From Didymodactylos carnosus (taxonomy: Eukaryota), in the NCBI GenBank assembly GCA_905250885.1, contig CAJNOQ010003215.1, forward strand, positions 1 through 20,977: a DNA stretch of 20,977 bases, written 5' to 3'. Shown here in pieces: positions 10,385 through 19,889 of this stretch (positions within the stretch are counted from its first letter, which is position 1; each line of letters begins with the position of its first letter). Position numbers and translations under genes: made by a program. The notes beneath the pieces are model-generated. The model saw nothing but the letters and a program-made list of their open reading frames with translations. It did not search any database and had not been told where the DNA came from.

Positions 10385-10549
10385 TTGATTGTGATCGTCA
10401 ATAGCCATTTTAGATTGCCATGCTGCTACTTTTGCCGGGAGACGAAAAACCACATCATCATTTTCAATTGGTAATTCAGCAACGTATGTAATTTTAATAA
10501 CGACTTCACAATTTGCCGGTAAATTCCCAACAGAAACGCTAAAAATTTC
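10385..10549 (-). CDS. PARP4: VIT domain exon 2: EIFSVSVGNLPANCEVVIKITYVAELPIENDDVVFRLPAKVAAWQSKMAIDDHNQ
   Basis: Acceptor tttttttcacag| and donor CAA|gtaggc, 55 codons. It matches the VIT consensus 'DVFTVSVGNLPP..V.IKITY..EL.....F..P..VAPW' as in PARP4, VWA5A and ITIH proteins. Confidence 0.88.
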
Positions 10550-10671
10550 CTGTGAAAAAAATCGTTAAATAAATTAGTTTGATACTCTGATTCTTTAGAC
10601 TAATAATCAGAAACGTGCAGGTCACAAAAGACAGAGCATGTGTCATATAAAACTCGATGAACTTTATCGGC

Positions 10672-10760
10672 ATGTATACAAGGGGCGGAAGTGGAGTGAG
10701 CTGGAATGGGACATTCCGTATCATTCCATACCATTCCAAAACGCTTTTCCCCCCTTGTAT
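10672..10760. repeat. Palindromic hairpin (tacaagggg...ccccttgta) with a mirrored interior of ggaatgg/ccattcc
   Basis: 'atacaaggggcggaagtggagtgagctggaatgggacattccgtatcattccataccattccaaaacgcttttccccccttgtatata'. It is intronic, about 120 bp upstream of the acceptor of VIT exon 2. Confidence 0.5.
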
Positions 10761-11452
10761 ATATACCATTACTGTTAATTGAAACGTTTTTGGATCGCAT
10801 ATATATTATACCGATAGTAAACAACCTAATTCGAATTGCTAGCTAGCTATATCGGGTAGTATATAGAGTTAACTAGCTAAATCGCCCGATAGTCGATATG
10901 TTTTTCTGCTTCGGAAGGAAAACACGTTTGACATGAATTTTAAAAAGAGTAGTATTTTTAGAGATTCTGAATTTCTGAAAAACGTTTTCTCTAAACAGGT
11001 TCGAGTTAACTTGAAATTACTTGAATAATATACTTATACACAATTGAAATCAGTGTTGTACGAATCTGCTTTAAGATTTATTGTAGCTACTACAATTCAT
11101 GAGAAAGACAAAAACATATTTTTTTCTAAGTTTTTTCCGCTAGTTTATATCTTGATGAGTTGATTATAAGACACTTGTTTTTAACCGTGATACACATTAC
11201 TAATAGAAAATTTGTTAAAATACATATCCAGTTAATTAACGCTCAATTTTTCTCATATATCGCCGATCTAATACTTATGTGATTAATAATATTGATATAT
11301 TCAGATAAGAATCTTCGAGTTACGTATGACATACGCTTTATCTTTTGATGCACACGTTTCTAAATGTGTGATTCGTCAAAAAATTAGAATATCAGCCTTA
11401 TGTTAAGGAAAAGCAATTATGCCGTTTTCTCAATAATTTTCTGTTGTCATAC

Positions 11453-11671
11453 CGGTTGTTCTTGATCCATCAAGTAACCGCCATGTCCTTTTTCAATTGC
11501 CTGACGATATTCTTTTCTTGCTTGCTCTTTTTCTTTAACCACACCAACAATAACTTTATTATTTATATATGCTTCGAAAGCACAAACAGTTGAATGTTCA
11601 TCTAACGGAAACACGTATTTTGCCTCGATTGGTCGGGAACTATTATTATGATATAATTGGTATAAAACAAC
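11453..11671 (-). CDS. PARP4: VIT domain exon 1: VVLYQLYHNNSSRPIEAKYVFPLDEHSTVCAFEAYINNKVIVGVVKEKEQARKEYRQAIEKGHGGYLMDQEQP
   Basis: Acceptor atattttag| and donor CCG|gtatgac, 73 codons phase 0 to 0. It is near-collinear with PARP4 'VIVFQTYTNKSHVPIEAKYIFPLDDKAAVCGFEAFINGKHIVGEIKEKEEAQQEYLEAVTQGHGAYLMSQDAP'. Confidence 0.88.
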
Positions 11672-12405
11672 CTAAAATATCTTTAATAAAGTGTAAAACA
11701 TGTCAAAAGTGTTAATATTTCACAGTAGGCATGTAGACGAACATTTGGTCGAAAATCGAAAGTGAGCTTTTCAGTGATTTAAATAGTATCAAATATACAG
11801 CGATAAATGCGCTATTGAAAGGCGTAAAAATTGTTACTCTGTGACTTTTCCTTGTAGAATTATTCGAGAAAGAAAACACAGTCATATAAGAAAAACGCAT
11901 GGAAAACAGACGTGTACAATACAATCAAAACGAGAGAGTTAGCGAAGGTGCAACCTTACTTATTTTTTCACCAAAATGTTCTTTAGTATATCCTGTATCG
12001 GTAGTATACTCACAAAATCTTACAACTTTTTCTGCCGATAGTTACAGGTTTTCTAAAAACTCCTTTGTTTTTTAGGTAACTTGGACTTTTCTACCCGTAT
12101 ATGTTACTTTACTTGAACAATTTATATATATTCGGATTCCGCATGAAAAATTACATCGAGTGATGTATCACTTATTAGTTTTACAAATAAAAAATTATTT
12201 GCTAAAAATTCAGGACAAGGGTTCCCCTCAGAGACTTTTCATTGGAAAAGAATTTTTTTTCGAATTTGACTCTTCTTACTTCTATTAAGATTTGACGCAT
12301 AATAAGACAATATTATGCGAAAATAATCATTTTTTAAGTCATAAAACTAAATGTCAGCCTGCTCAATGAAAAAATGCCCACTGTGTATTGTAAGAAAAAT
12401 ATTAC

Positions 12406-12539
12406 TTCTGCAGTGACATCGACTAATTGTGCTCGTATATGGAATGCTTTCAATGGTAAACGTTGACCTGAACCTGGACATATTAGACCATAATTTTGTT
12501 CTGCAATTTGAATTGCTTCATCTTCAATTAATTCTGGTA
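12406..12539 (-). CDS. PARP4: PARP4-like exon, linker between catalytic and VIT domains: (I)PELIEDEAIQIAEQNYGLICPGSGQRLPLKAFHIRAQLVDVTAE
   Basis: Acceptor atatttgctttag| and donor GAA|gtaata, phase 1 to 0. 'FHIRAQLVDVTAE' corresponds to PARP4 'VHIKGRIIDTVAQ', which lies immediately before the VIT domain. Confidence 0.7.
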
Positions 12540-12598
12540 CTAAAGCAAATATATTATCAATATAATAATTTTTATTAGTAATTTGCTTATCGGTATAC

Positions 12599-12761
12599 TT
12601 TCAGGAATCGACATTTGTGGATATGATAGTGTTTCTGTTTGATCTCTTACAATTGGTAATAATGCTGGAATATTTGAAATTATATCGTGTGGTTTCCATG
12701 AGACTTCAACGATATATAATAGACGTTGTTGATCGAGATTATAAATAACATACTCATTATC
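12599..12761 (-). CDS. PARP4: PARP catalytic domain C-terminal exon: DNEYVIYNLDQQRLLYIVEVSWKPHDIISNIPALLPIVRDQTETLSYPQMSIPE(I)
   Basis: Acceptor ctctatag|. 'DNEYVIYNLDQQRLLYIV' corresponds to PARP1 'YNEYIVYDIAQVNLKYLL' and PARP4 'DDEFVVYKTNQVKMKYII'. Donor A|gtatacc is phase 1 and is followed by a 57-nt micro-intron. An in-frame TAG would occur if that intron were not removed. Confidence 0.78.
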
Positions 12762-12824
12762 CTATAGAGAAAGAGAAGAAAAAAAAATGGTGGATTATTT
12801 ATTACTTGTGCAAAAATGACTTAC

Positions 12825-13008
12825 TTTAAACATTGAATGATCTTTATTTGTCAATTTTACACCATGAACACTATGATAATTTTCCGGTGGTTGTGTTAAA
12901 TCACATGAATATGAATAATAATTTGCACTATTTCCAAGTGCTACATTACATATACATAATAAACGTTTACCGTTTTGACTACTTTTAACTGTATATTTTA
13001 ACGATGTA
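12825..13008 (-). CDS. PARP4: PARP catalytic domain exon (acceptor-site region): TSLKYTVKSSQNGKRLLCICNVALGNSANYYSYSCDLTQPPENYHSVHGVKLTNKDHSMFK
   Basis: Acceptor ttctttttcag| and consensus donor AAA|gtaagt. It matches PARP4 'TSIKYSHPGETDGTRLLLIC?VALGK...PPGYDSVHGV' and PARP1 'SKSANYC..GLILLGEVALGN...KGKHSVKG'. The codon aligned to the PARP1 catalytic Glu is AAT (Asn). Confidence 0.85.
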
Positions 13009-15250
13009 CTGAAAAAGAACCAAAGATACTGTCAATATAAACACAATTTTCGAAGTTAAAAATCATTTAAGTATTTTACCAATACAATGCTGTACTGTGA
13101 TGTATACGAGAGTTTTTGAAGATCCAATTTCAATATAACTGCACCAAGCAAGCTTTACATAACACTTTTTTTTGTAAGGTTTCAAAAATTCAAAATTCGT
13201 GCGCTTTTTCTTTTTTTCACTTTTATTACATGGATAGATGTATAACGATGTAGTGATTCTAACCATGTATAATATGTTGGATTCGGAGAATGTGTTTTAC
13301 ATAGTTATAATTTGATTCTAATTCGGTGAAAATCGATGGTCTTTCGAACGAGGAAAACAACTCTCGTTTTCGTTTAAAAATCGTTGACTTATAAACGAGA
13401 AGAGATAGAGTCTTTATTTTTTCACCGTAAGCTCCGGCCTATGCTTCTCTAAAAAGTTATGTATGCATGTCCTCTAATTTTGTTTCATTGCTGAGAAAGT
13501 TCATTTTTTCTAAATCAAGGCGAAAAACTCGTAATTCTCAATTTTCTCCATCAGAACTCTACTTTTGAGCAATAAAACTATCATATTCGAGATCAGGATC
13601 AAAACCTGGATCGACTGATCTGTATCTCTATCCTATCCGAGTATTTTAATTTTTTTCGAATTTTCAAGTTGAAAAATGACTGAAAGTTTTACACCAAACT
13701 GAAAATCAACTAAAGATTTCGAAAGATCATCGATTTTCATCGACTCAAAATCAAGTTATAACGTCGGGCAAAACATTTTCTAAATCCATTTTTGATAAAG
13801 ATTTTGAAAATATTTTTTCCAGAATTCTATCTCCTTTCGGTAAAAAACTGCAGGCTCTTTTCTCCCAAAAGCTCTCTTTCTTGAACCTTCGTTTTTTCCA
13901 GCTTTTTATTTTTTCGATATTCTGATAGAGCTCGACACGCTGAATCTGAATATGTACGATTTGTTGAGAAAAAGTTGAATTTTGAGGTCAAAAACTCCAA
14001 AAGTGGAAAAACGTGTGCTTTTAAAAAAAGACCCGCAGGTAAAGGGTTAACCTAACGAGACTTGAAGCTTTTGCTATGTACTCTCAAGACTTTTTCAAGG
14101 TTCGACGTTGGTTCAAAAATTTTCTGACCATACATCTGAACACTCTCAATCTGAACTGATATTTCTGGACAGAGTTTGCATGCTGAATCCAAAACAATAA
14201 CGTTTGACCTTTTTATAGAACATATTTTATTAAATAGAAATTTCGACTTTTTTCCATTTTTTGACTATAAAAAACGTGTTATATAAAGCTAAAACATATA
14301 TATTTCTACTCAAGTTATTGAGCTCTATCCAACTATGTGTCATTCATTGAAGAAAAATGTTTGTGGTAATTTTGAATTAGCCGCACCATCCATTCTGACA
14401 AAAATAATTTTGAAAAATCCCACACGTTTAATTAAAATTTGAAAATTTATTAGACCAGATTATTATCTTTGAAACAACGTCTTTAATAAACGAACAGAAC
14501 TTTTCTAAATCTACTGTCTGTAGTAAAACTTTGAGCTCGATCAAACAAATTTTCAATGGAATGGGTACTGTACACAATGGAAAATCTGGTTTTACAGAAA
14601 AACCATAGCTAAAAGTAAGTCCTAAGCAAAAACTATGCCCATTTCATTTTTTGAGAAGATGTTGTGCTAGAAATTCGAGTTCTCTCAGATCGGTCGTTAC
14701 AATTCAACGAGAAGATAAGAAATGAAGAGCGATATCTTTAGGCTTTGAAAAACATTTACGTTTTCGATTAAGTTCAAGGTTGGTTTTCCAGAAGCCTTCA
14801 GTAAATCTACAATGGAAAAAATAAGTCCCCTGTACCTCATGAACAGTAAATAGAACAGATAGTAGTGTTTATCCTGAACCCTAATCACTACTTGTACACT
14901 GCCGCTGGCCTAGTCTGAGCTCTTTCAAATTGTTTCTTACAGTAACGGTCTTTTATTTAGTTGCATACAAATGTAGATGAAACTCAAACGAATTCTCTAA
15001 AAAGACATTGAAAGAATTTTATATTCGTTATAAACGGTTTCAAGTGGATAATTTTTACAAGTTTTTTTTAGCAATAGTTAGTGCTAACCAGCAACAACAG
15101 AATCATCAACTCCACCATAAAATGACCATTATTTATGAACCTTAATGGAAACACTCCACTTGATCTTCTGTACATATATGCGTATCCCGTAAATCAAAAT
15201 ATTTCATACTAAGAAAAGTGATTTTTCATGAAACCACCGTCTCTATATAA

Positions 15251-15873
15251 GGGTCGCTAATTCGAAGTTACAGCACTATTTTATTTTTGGCTTTTTTATA
15301 CACCATTCGATAGAGCTTATCGACTTGATCAAGAATATGTTAGTTATAGCCTTCCCAGACCGAGTTTTCAATAAAAAACATTCAAAAACTTTGAAAACTC
15401 AAAATTTCGAAAAGTCGTTCAGCTACAACAAGTTCAAATATATTTTTCTAATTTCAGTTTGAAAACTCATAATGTATTTTTTCTGATTCAGTGTCACAAA
15501 CTGCTTCCGAGAATGCTATGTCGACTGATAACAGATAGTGCACTATTGATCTGATGTTGTTGGACACAAATTTTAAAAATTATTACCATATCTCTTCATA
15601 TGAACAGAACAAAGAAGCTATTAATTAGAAGCTTCTCTCTCGCGCTGCTATTTTTATATAATTTTGTTCTATTTATACATCTTTTATATCATAGTTCAGT
15701 AGAAGTTTTCACATTTCTACTTCGTAGAAGCAATGCTAACAAGCTGTTTTTACTGGAAACTTGATCTAGGAAGGCTATAACTACCATATTCTTGATCGGC
15801 TCGATAAGTTCTATCGAATGGTGTATAAAAAAGTCAAAAATAAAATAGTGCTGAAACTTTGAATTAGTGGCAC
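15251..15873. mobile_element. MITE-like element with terminal inverted repeats of about 110 bp
   Basis: 15251-15362 (gggtcgctaattcgaagttacagcactattttatttttggcttttttatacaccattcgatagagcttatcgacttgatcaagaatatgt...) is the reverse complement of 15766-15873 with a few mismatches. A partial copy of the terminus occurs at about 14380-14410 (tttgaattagccgcacc). It sits in the 3.36-kb PARP4 intron. Confidence 0.65.
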
Positions 15874-16270
15874 CAGGCCGCTATGACTGAATGGTTATGT
15901 TGTTCGACACGTACTTCAAAGGGACCGTGTTCGAGCCTCGGCGCCACCCAGTCATAGAATAACCTTGGACAAGTTACTAATGGCTATTGTCTCGGATCAC
16001 CCGTCCGATAGCATGCTTACTACGTTGTGACATACACCGGTACTTCGGTGCTAGTATGTGGTTAGTGAGTGTGTATGGAGCTCATGCAATTGGGCGAAAA
16101 GAACTCTGTGTCAGACTGGTCTTCTGTCCAGAGCTACAGCTTGCTTGGTGACTAGTAGAAGAACGAATGACCATCTCTGAAGATCATCAGCTGTAGGGAA
16201 GATATCGGGCTTATCGAAACTGCTTCGGCAACACCCTACACCGCAAGGTAGTTGCAAGGTGGGGTATTCT
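15874..16270. mobile_element. Candidate tRNA-head SINE-like element directly abutting the previous inverted-repeat element
   Basis: It has pol III box A-like (tgactgaatggtt) and box B-like (gtgttcgagcc) motifs and ends ...ggcgccaccc. The head is bracketed by a 9-bp inverted pair (ctatgactg / cagtcatag). It does not fold into a canonical tRNA because the acceptor stem does not pair. A GC-richer body follows, ending in a polypyrimidine stretch (ttccttcttcctcttcc). Confidence 0.3.
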
Positions 16271-16373
16271 TCCTTCTTCCTCTTCCTAGTGGCATCTTAT
16301 TAGTATCTATGTTTCTGACATTTCGAAGCATCAGATGTTGTTCATTATTACTAATTAATAGAAAATATTTTAC

Positions 16374-16472
16374 CTGATTGAATCTGAAAAATACAATCCA
16401 TATCCCAGATGGCCAATATCACTTCTTAAACCACCAAATTCATTAACAACTATTTTTGGCATCAATAACCCT
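16374..16472 (-). CDS. PARP4: PARP catalytic domain exon (donor-site loop): (R)GLLMPKIVVNEFGGLRSDIGHLGYGLYFSDSI(S)
   Basis: Acceptor catatgatag| and donor AG|gtaaaat. 'RGLLMPKIV..GHLGYGLYFSDSIS' corresponds to PARP4 'RGLLLPKVV..GNLGSGIYFSDSLS'. It splices in frame (AG+T = Ser) across a 3.36-kb intron to exon 12825..13008. Confidence 0.85.
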
Positions 16473-16547
16473 CTATCATATGAAATATAGAAAAATAAAA
16501 TGATAGTTAAATATTTCCATAAGATTAAAAGATTTTGTTATAATTAC

Positions 16548-16685
16548 CGTGATAAAATTCCGAGAAAATTACTATATTTTGAACCATGAAACAGATAACG
16601 TTGATTGTGTAAATCTGTTTTAAAATTAATTGTTTCAGTTTGTCTTGTTATATCAAATATATTGTGAATAATTACTTGTTCATTT
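16548..16685 (-). CDS. PARP4: PARP catalytic domain exon carrying the H-G-S motif: NEQVIIHNIFDITRQTETINFKTDLHNQRYLFHGSKYSNFLGILS(R)
   Basis: Acceptor ccgttttag| and donor CG|gtaatta, entering in phase 2 and leaving in phase 2. 'RYLFHGSKYSNFLGILSRGL' corresponds to PARP1 '[21 protein letters not shown]' and PARP4 'LLHGSPVQNIVGILCRGL'. Confidence 0.85.
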
Positions 16686-16756
16686 CTAAAACGGATATAA
16701 AATAAAATTTTGTAGACATCGTCTTTGATTTTGTTATTTGATATATCGATACATAC

Positions 16757-16917
16757 GTATCGGTTGATGAATGTACCATATTACTTATTTTCGTGTATTC
16801 TATTGAATCTTTATCTATCGTTTTTATATAACATTTTAATGAACGATATTTTGCTTCTATTGGCGCTTTTATATTCCAATTTGTTATTTCATTTACAGTT
16901 AACATATCACGAAGAAT
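16757..16917 (-). CDS. PARP4: PARP4-like exon, helical/catalytic junction: ILRDMLTVNEITNWNIKAPIEAKYRSLKCYIKTIDKDSIEYTKISNMVHSST-D(T)
   Basis: Acceptor tttgtttaaag| follows a 64-nt intron. Donor AC|gtatgt leaves phase 2. 'PIEAKYRSLKCYIKTI' corresponds to PARP4 'LAKYRALRCKIEHV' and PARP1 'PIDVNYEKLKTDIKVV'. Confidence 0.8.
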
Positions 16918-16981
16918 CTTTAAACAAAAAATTTTTTTAGAATTTTTCTGAATAGCTAAGAATCAATAAATATTTATTTAC

Positions 16982-17155
16982 TTGACATAAATCCATTTTT
17001 TCTCTTAATATTTGTCGATTATTTAAATCTAATTGAAAATTTGAATTATGTGGAATAAATGAATAAAATTTTGAATAGATTTCATTGGACATTCTGCTTT
17101 CATTATTATCTAGCAGACGTTTTTGTTCTAATAAAATAGCTTCGGCTTCAACTAT
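16982..17155 (-). CDS. PARP4: PARP4-like exon, PARP helical domain: IVEAEAILLEQKRLLDNNESRMSNEIYSKFYSFIPHNSNFQLDLNNRQILREKMDLCQ
   Basis: 58 in-frame codons ending at donor CAA|gtaaat. 'FYSFIPH' corresponds to PARP1 'FYTLIPH' and PARP4 'FYRLIPH'. 'MDLCQ' followed by 'ILRDM' in the next exon corresponds to PARP4 'ADLCQLIRDM'. The 5' boundary (acceptor tttttattaag|) is less certain because the frame stays open about 30 nt further upstream. Confidence 0.72.
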
Positions 17156-17269
17156 CTTAATAAAAAGACGAAACAAATTTAGGATTTATGTTAATGCAAA
17201 ATTGTAACAGAATCCGATAATATCAGGCAAAAAGGATTCAATCTTATAATGAGAATATTTCGCAAGACA

Positions 17270-17400
17270 GAAAAGGCGACTCCAAGAGCTTCCGAAGCCC
17301 TTGAAATGCTTGAGATGCAGAGTCCTTGAAGCTTGAGAGGCTCAGCGTCCGATGCTCTCCGATGTTGAGAGATGCTCTCCAATGCTGAGTGATATTAAGA
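17270..17400. repeat. Short tandem/inverted motif cluster (gatgctctccRatgYtgag)
   Basis: 'ccgatgctctccgatgttgagagatgctctccaatgctgagtgat' is preceded by the related 'gaaatgcttgagatgcagagtccttgaagcttgagaggctcagcg'. It accounts for ORF-track hits 17191..17382(-) and 17352..17564(+). Confidence 0.5.
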
Positions 17401-18020
17401 AAGCAAGAAGTCGCCTTTTCCACCTTGATATTTCGACTACAAGAAAAATTTGTGTGGATCCCTATATAAATTATAAACTGGTGATAACCATGCTCACATT
17501 TGTTTCGGTAGGGGATCTTGTAGCGGGCACTAACGAGGGAAGGCCACCAAGTGTTCCCTCGTAAGTCGCTGGATTAGATAAGTTTCAAATGAATATATCG
17601 ACAAAAAACCGTCAGGCCACCTAGCTAATATCTTCTTAGGGTACTCCCTTTCTCCTTTTTCGATAGTTAATCCTTTACCCCCGAATGTCCACATCAGTGG
17701 ACATTGATAAGATCAATATACAAAAATAACGAAGTATCATATCAGAATCGGATTTTGTTCCTACCTTAGAGGTTTCATAAGCTCTCGATTAGTAAAAAAA
17801 GAATTTTCTTTTTATGGATCTTGACTGAAATAATTAACTTTTGAAATTAAAGAATTACAAAGTTCCGAATTTTTTTAAAAGCTTTTTCCATAGATTTACA
17901 TAGAAGGGTTTTCAGATGTGATAGTTGATAACTATTACTATAAGGATCTATTCTATAATTACACAAGAAGATAAATTTTCTGTCAAATTGTCTTGATGCA
18001 TCGTGTCCAGTAATGAAATG

Positions 18021-18357
18021 TCCACACGCGCGGACATCAGGGGGAAGTGACATGAAAAGTACTGATTTTTTCGTTTTACATTTTTTGTAGATCACATTGC
18101 TGAGATCGGAAAGTAAAATTGCGAGAAGATTAGAACGATTTTCTCAAAAGTCAGTTTGGGCGTTTTTGCGTTTTTCTCCGGGAAAACTTGCTCAGATCGA
18201 AAAAATCAGGTCGAAGTTTCAGCACTTTATATTTTTGGCTTAAAGGCACATCATTAGGTGCAGTTTTATCTGGTGATCACGAATCTTATTGGTAGGTTAG
18301 AAAATATGTAAAACGAAAAAATCAGTACTTTTCATGTGACTCTCCCTGATGTCCACG
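18021..18357. mobile_element. Small MITE-like element with terminal inverted repeats of about 65 bp
   Basis: 18021-18090 (tccacacgcgcggacatcagggggaagtgacatgaaaagtactgattttttcgttttaca) is the reverse complement of 18303-18357 (tgtaaaacgaaaaaatcagtacttttcatgtgactctccctgatgtccacg). A related palindrome 'atgtccacatcagtggacat' occurs at 17683-17702. It is intronic and overlaps ORF-track hit 17847..18095. Confidence 0.6.
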
Positions 18358-18544
18358 CAAAAAATACCTTCCGAGGTAAAGGGTTATGATGAGACGTTTT
18401 TCAATTTCGAGTTAAATACACCAAAATGTAGAGTCAAATGTCCTTCACAAAATAGAATTCCTTCTGACTCTCCTCAAGACACACGGGCACAGTAAGATAG
18501 CGTGAAATGAGAGATCGTTCACTTCTTGACACCCATTCGTACAG

Positions 18545-18650
18545 CAAGCACGCTTAACCGACATTTGTGCGATCCAACATTTGAGTGACCGATATTTGGG
18601 CGATCACGATGTTTGAGCGATCCCGATATTTGCGCGAAGTGCATCACTTA
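18545..18650. repeat. Tandem repeat of about 16-17 bp (cgatatttgNgcgatc, roughly five copies) inside a locally GC-rich island (about 18480-18860)
   Basis: cgacatttgtgcgatc / caacatttgagtgac / cgatatttgggcgatc / acgatgtttgagcgatc / ccgatatttgcgcgaag. It is followed by CpG-rich tracts (cggcagcggacgtagcgc, gggagcggcggcag, tacgtcggcggcgcggctagc). It sits within a PARP4 intron. Confidence 0.6.
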
Positions 18651-19687
18651 TTGCTGCTAACCCTCCTCTTACCAGCAGACATGTTAGCCGCTAGACTTTT
18701 CGTCGGCTTGAAGAACGCAAAAGAAATTTGCACTCGGCAGCGGACGTAGCGCTTATTTCTTCAGAAATTTCGACCTTCGGGAGCGGCGGCAGTTGTTTTT
18801 TTTCAAAAAGTTTGCTACGTCGGCGGCGCGGCTAGCATCTGTACCCACCAGGTCTCCAAATAATTCAATTCTTAATCGAACGACAAAGAAATTGTTATTA
18901 TCATCGTTATTAATCGTTATCGAAGTGAACAATTATTCCATTTGAATGATCGGAAAAAAGTCACATTAAGTAGTGTCTAATGTCGGAATCGCTCAAACGT
19001 CGGTTGACGAGCATTTACAGATATCTTATGAAAAGCTTCATCAAAATGCGGCATCTTCAGTCTAATATGTATCTCAAAATCAATTGTTACACTGAGGAAT
19101 AAACTTTGTGGCAGGTTTTTCACTGAAAGTAATCACTCGACAAGGCTGACATGTATACCATAGGTAGAACTAAGGAGGCTTTTTATTTTCGAAACCATCA
19201 TTTGAGTCTCAATGTACGATCTTTTTAAAAATTTAGTCATTGAAAAACCTTCGCTTTTTGCCCGGTTTTCGTAATTCGCTCCTCTAATCGATACAACGTA
19301 TATTTTGAAAAAATACCTCCTGAATATATAATAAAATCAATGTCTTCATTTGTTCTATGTCCTTTTCTTTTCTCAAATAAATAAAATTTATAAAAAAAAA
19401 GTAATAGATATAATATGGTATAACATATAATTGCTTGAGCATTATCACTGAGTTCTTTTGATCGAAAGTCTGCCACAGAGTTTAGTCATTTTTCACCGTA
19501 GTACCCTCTCTCTATAGAGTCAAAATCATGTATTATATGAAATTGATTCTAGCTGAACTTTTTCGTTACGAAATTAAATCTATTCATACTATAAATGCCA
19601 TGGCTTTAGGATAAACTATTCTACAGAAAAATTGGAAAGAGGTGCCGTTAAAATGATATAAACTTATTTTTATCTCAACAGACATAC

Positions 19688-19825
19688 ATTTTTTAATGTG
19701 ATTTCATTTGGTTGAATGCTAAGCATTTGTTGCAGATCACCAATTGATTCTAACCATATTGATTCAACAAGTTGACAAATATTATCATCAATTAATTGTG
19801 TATCAATTCTAGAATGCCATAATAG
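19688..19825 (-). CDS. PARP4: PARP4-like exon, N-terminal part of the PARP alpha-helical (regulatory) domain: LLWHSRIDTQLIDDNICQLVESIWLESIGDLQQMLSIQPNEITLKN
   Basis: Acceptor ccttttttctag| and donor |gtatgtc, phase 0 to 0. 'QLVESIW..GDLQQML' matches the 'DLVEMIWAEALGHLEHML' stretch of human PARP4 and 'LIKMIFDVESM' of PARP1 (both recalled from memory, not retrieved). Confidence 0.7.
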
Positions 19826-19889
19826 CTAGAAAAAAAGGCATATGTACTTGTTCTGATTAGATATACGAGTATAAGTGTCTGTAACATAC

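Noticed and set aside
13063-13266. ORF-track hit whose translation (…KKKKRTNFEFL…) resembles the PARP 'HGSRTTNF' region, tempting as a catalytic exon
   Set aside because: The genuine H-G-S exon (16548-16685) and the GxGIYFSD exon (16374-16472) splice in frame directly to 13008, giving an uninterrupted alignment. No donor in this ORF produces the phase needed at the 13008 acceptor. The resemblance is therefore low-complexity coincidence inside the 3.36-kb intron.
15880-15952. Possible tRNA gene (ggccgctatgactgaatggttatg...gttcgagcctcggcgccaccc)
   Set aside because: The acceptor stem does not base-pair (GGCCGCU against ...CGGCGCC), and no clean D, anticodon or T cloverleaf can be drawn. It fits better as a tRNA-derived SINE head.
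16080-16270. Hammerhead ribozyme motif, as reported in some flatworm SINE-like repeats
   Set aside because: CUGAUGA occurs once on the minus strand near 16185-16191, but it lacks a downstream GAAA and suitable flanking helices.
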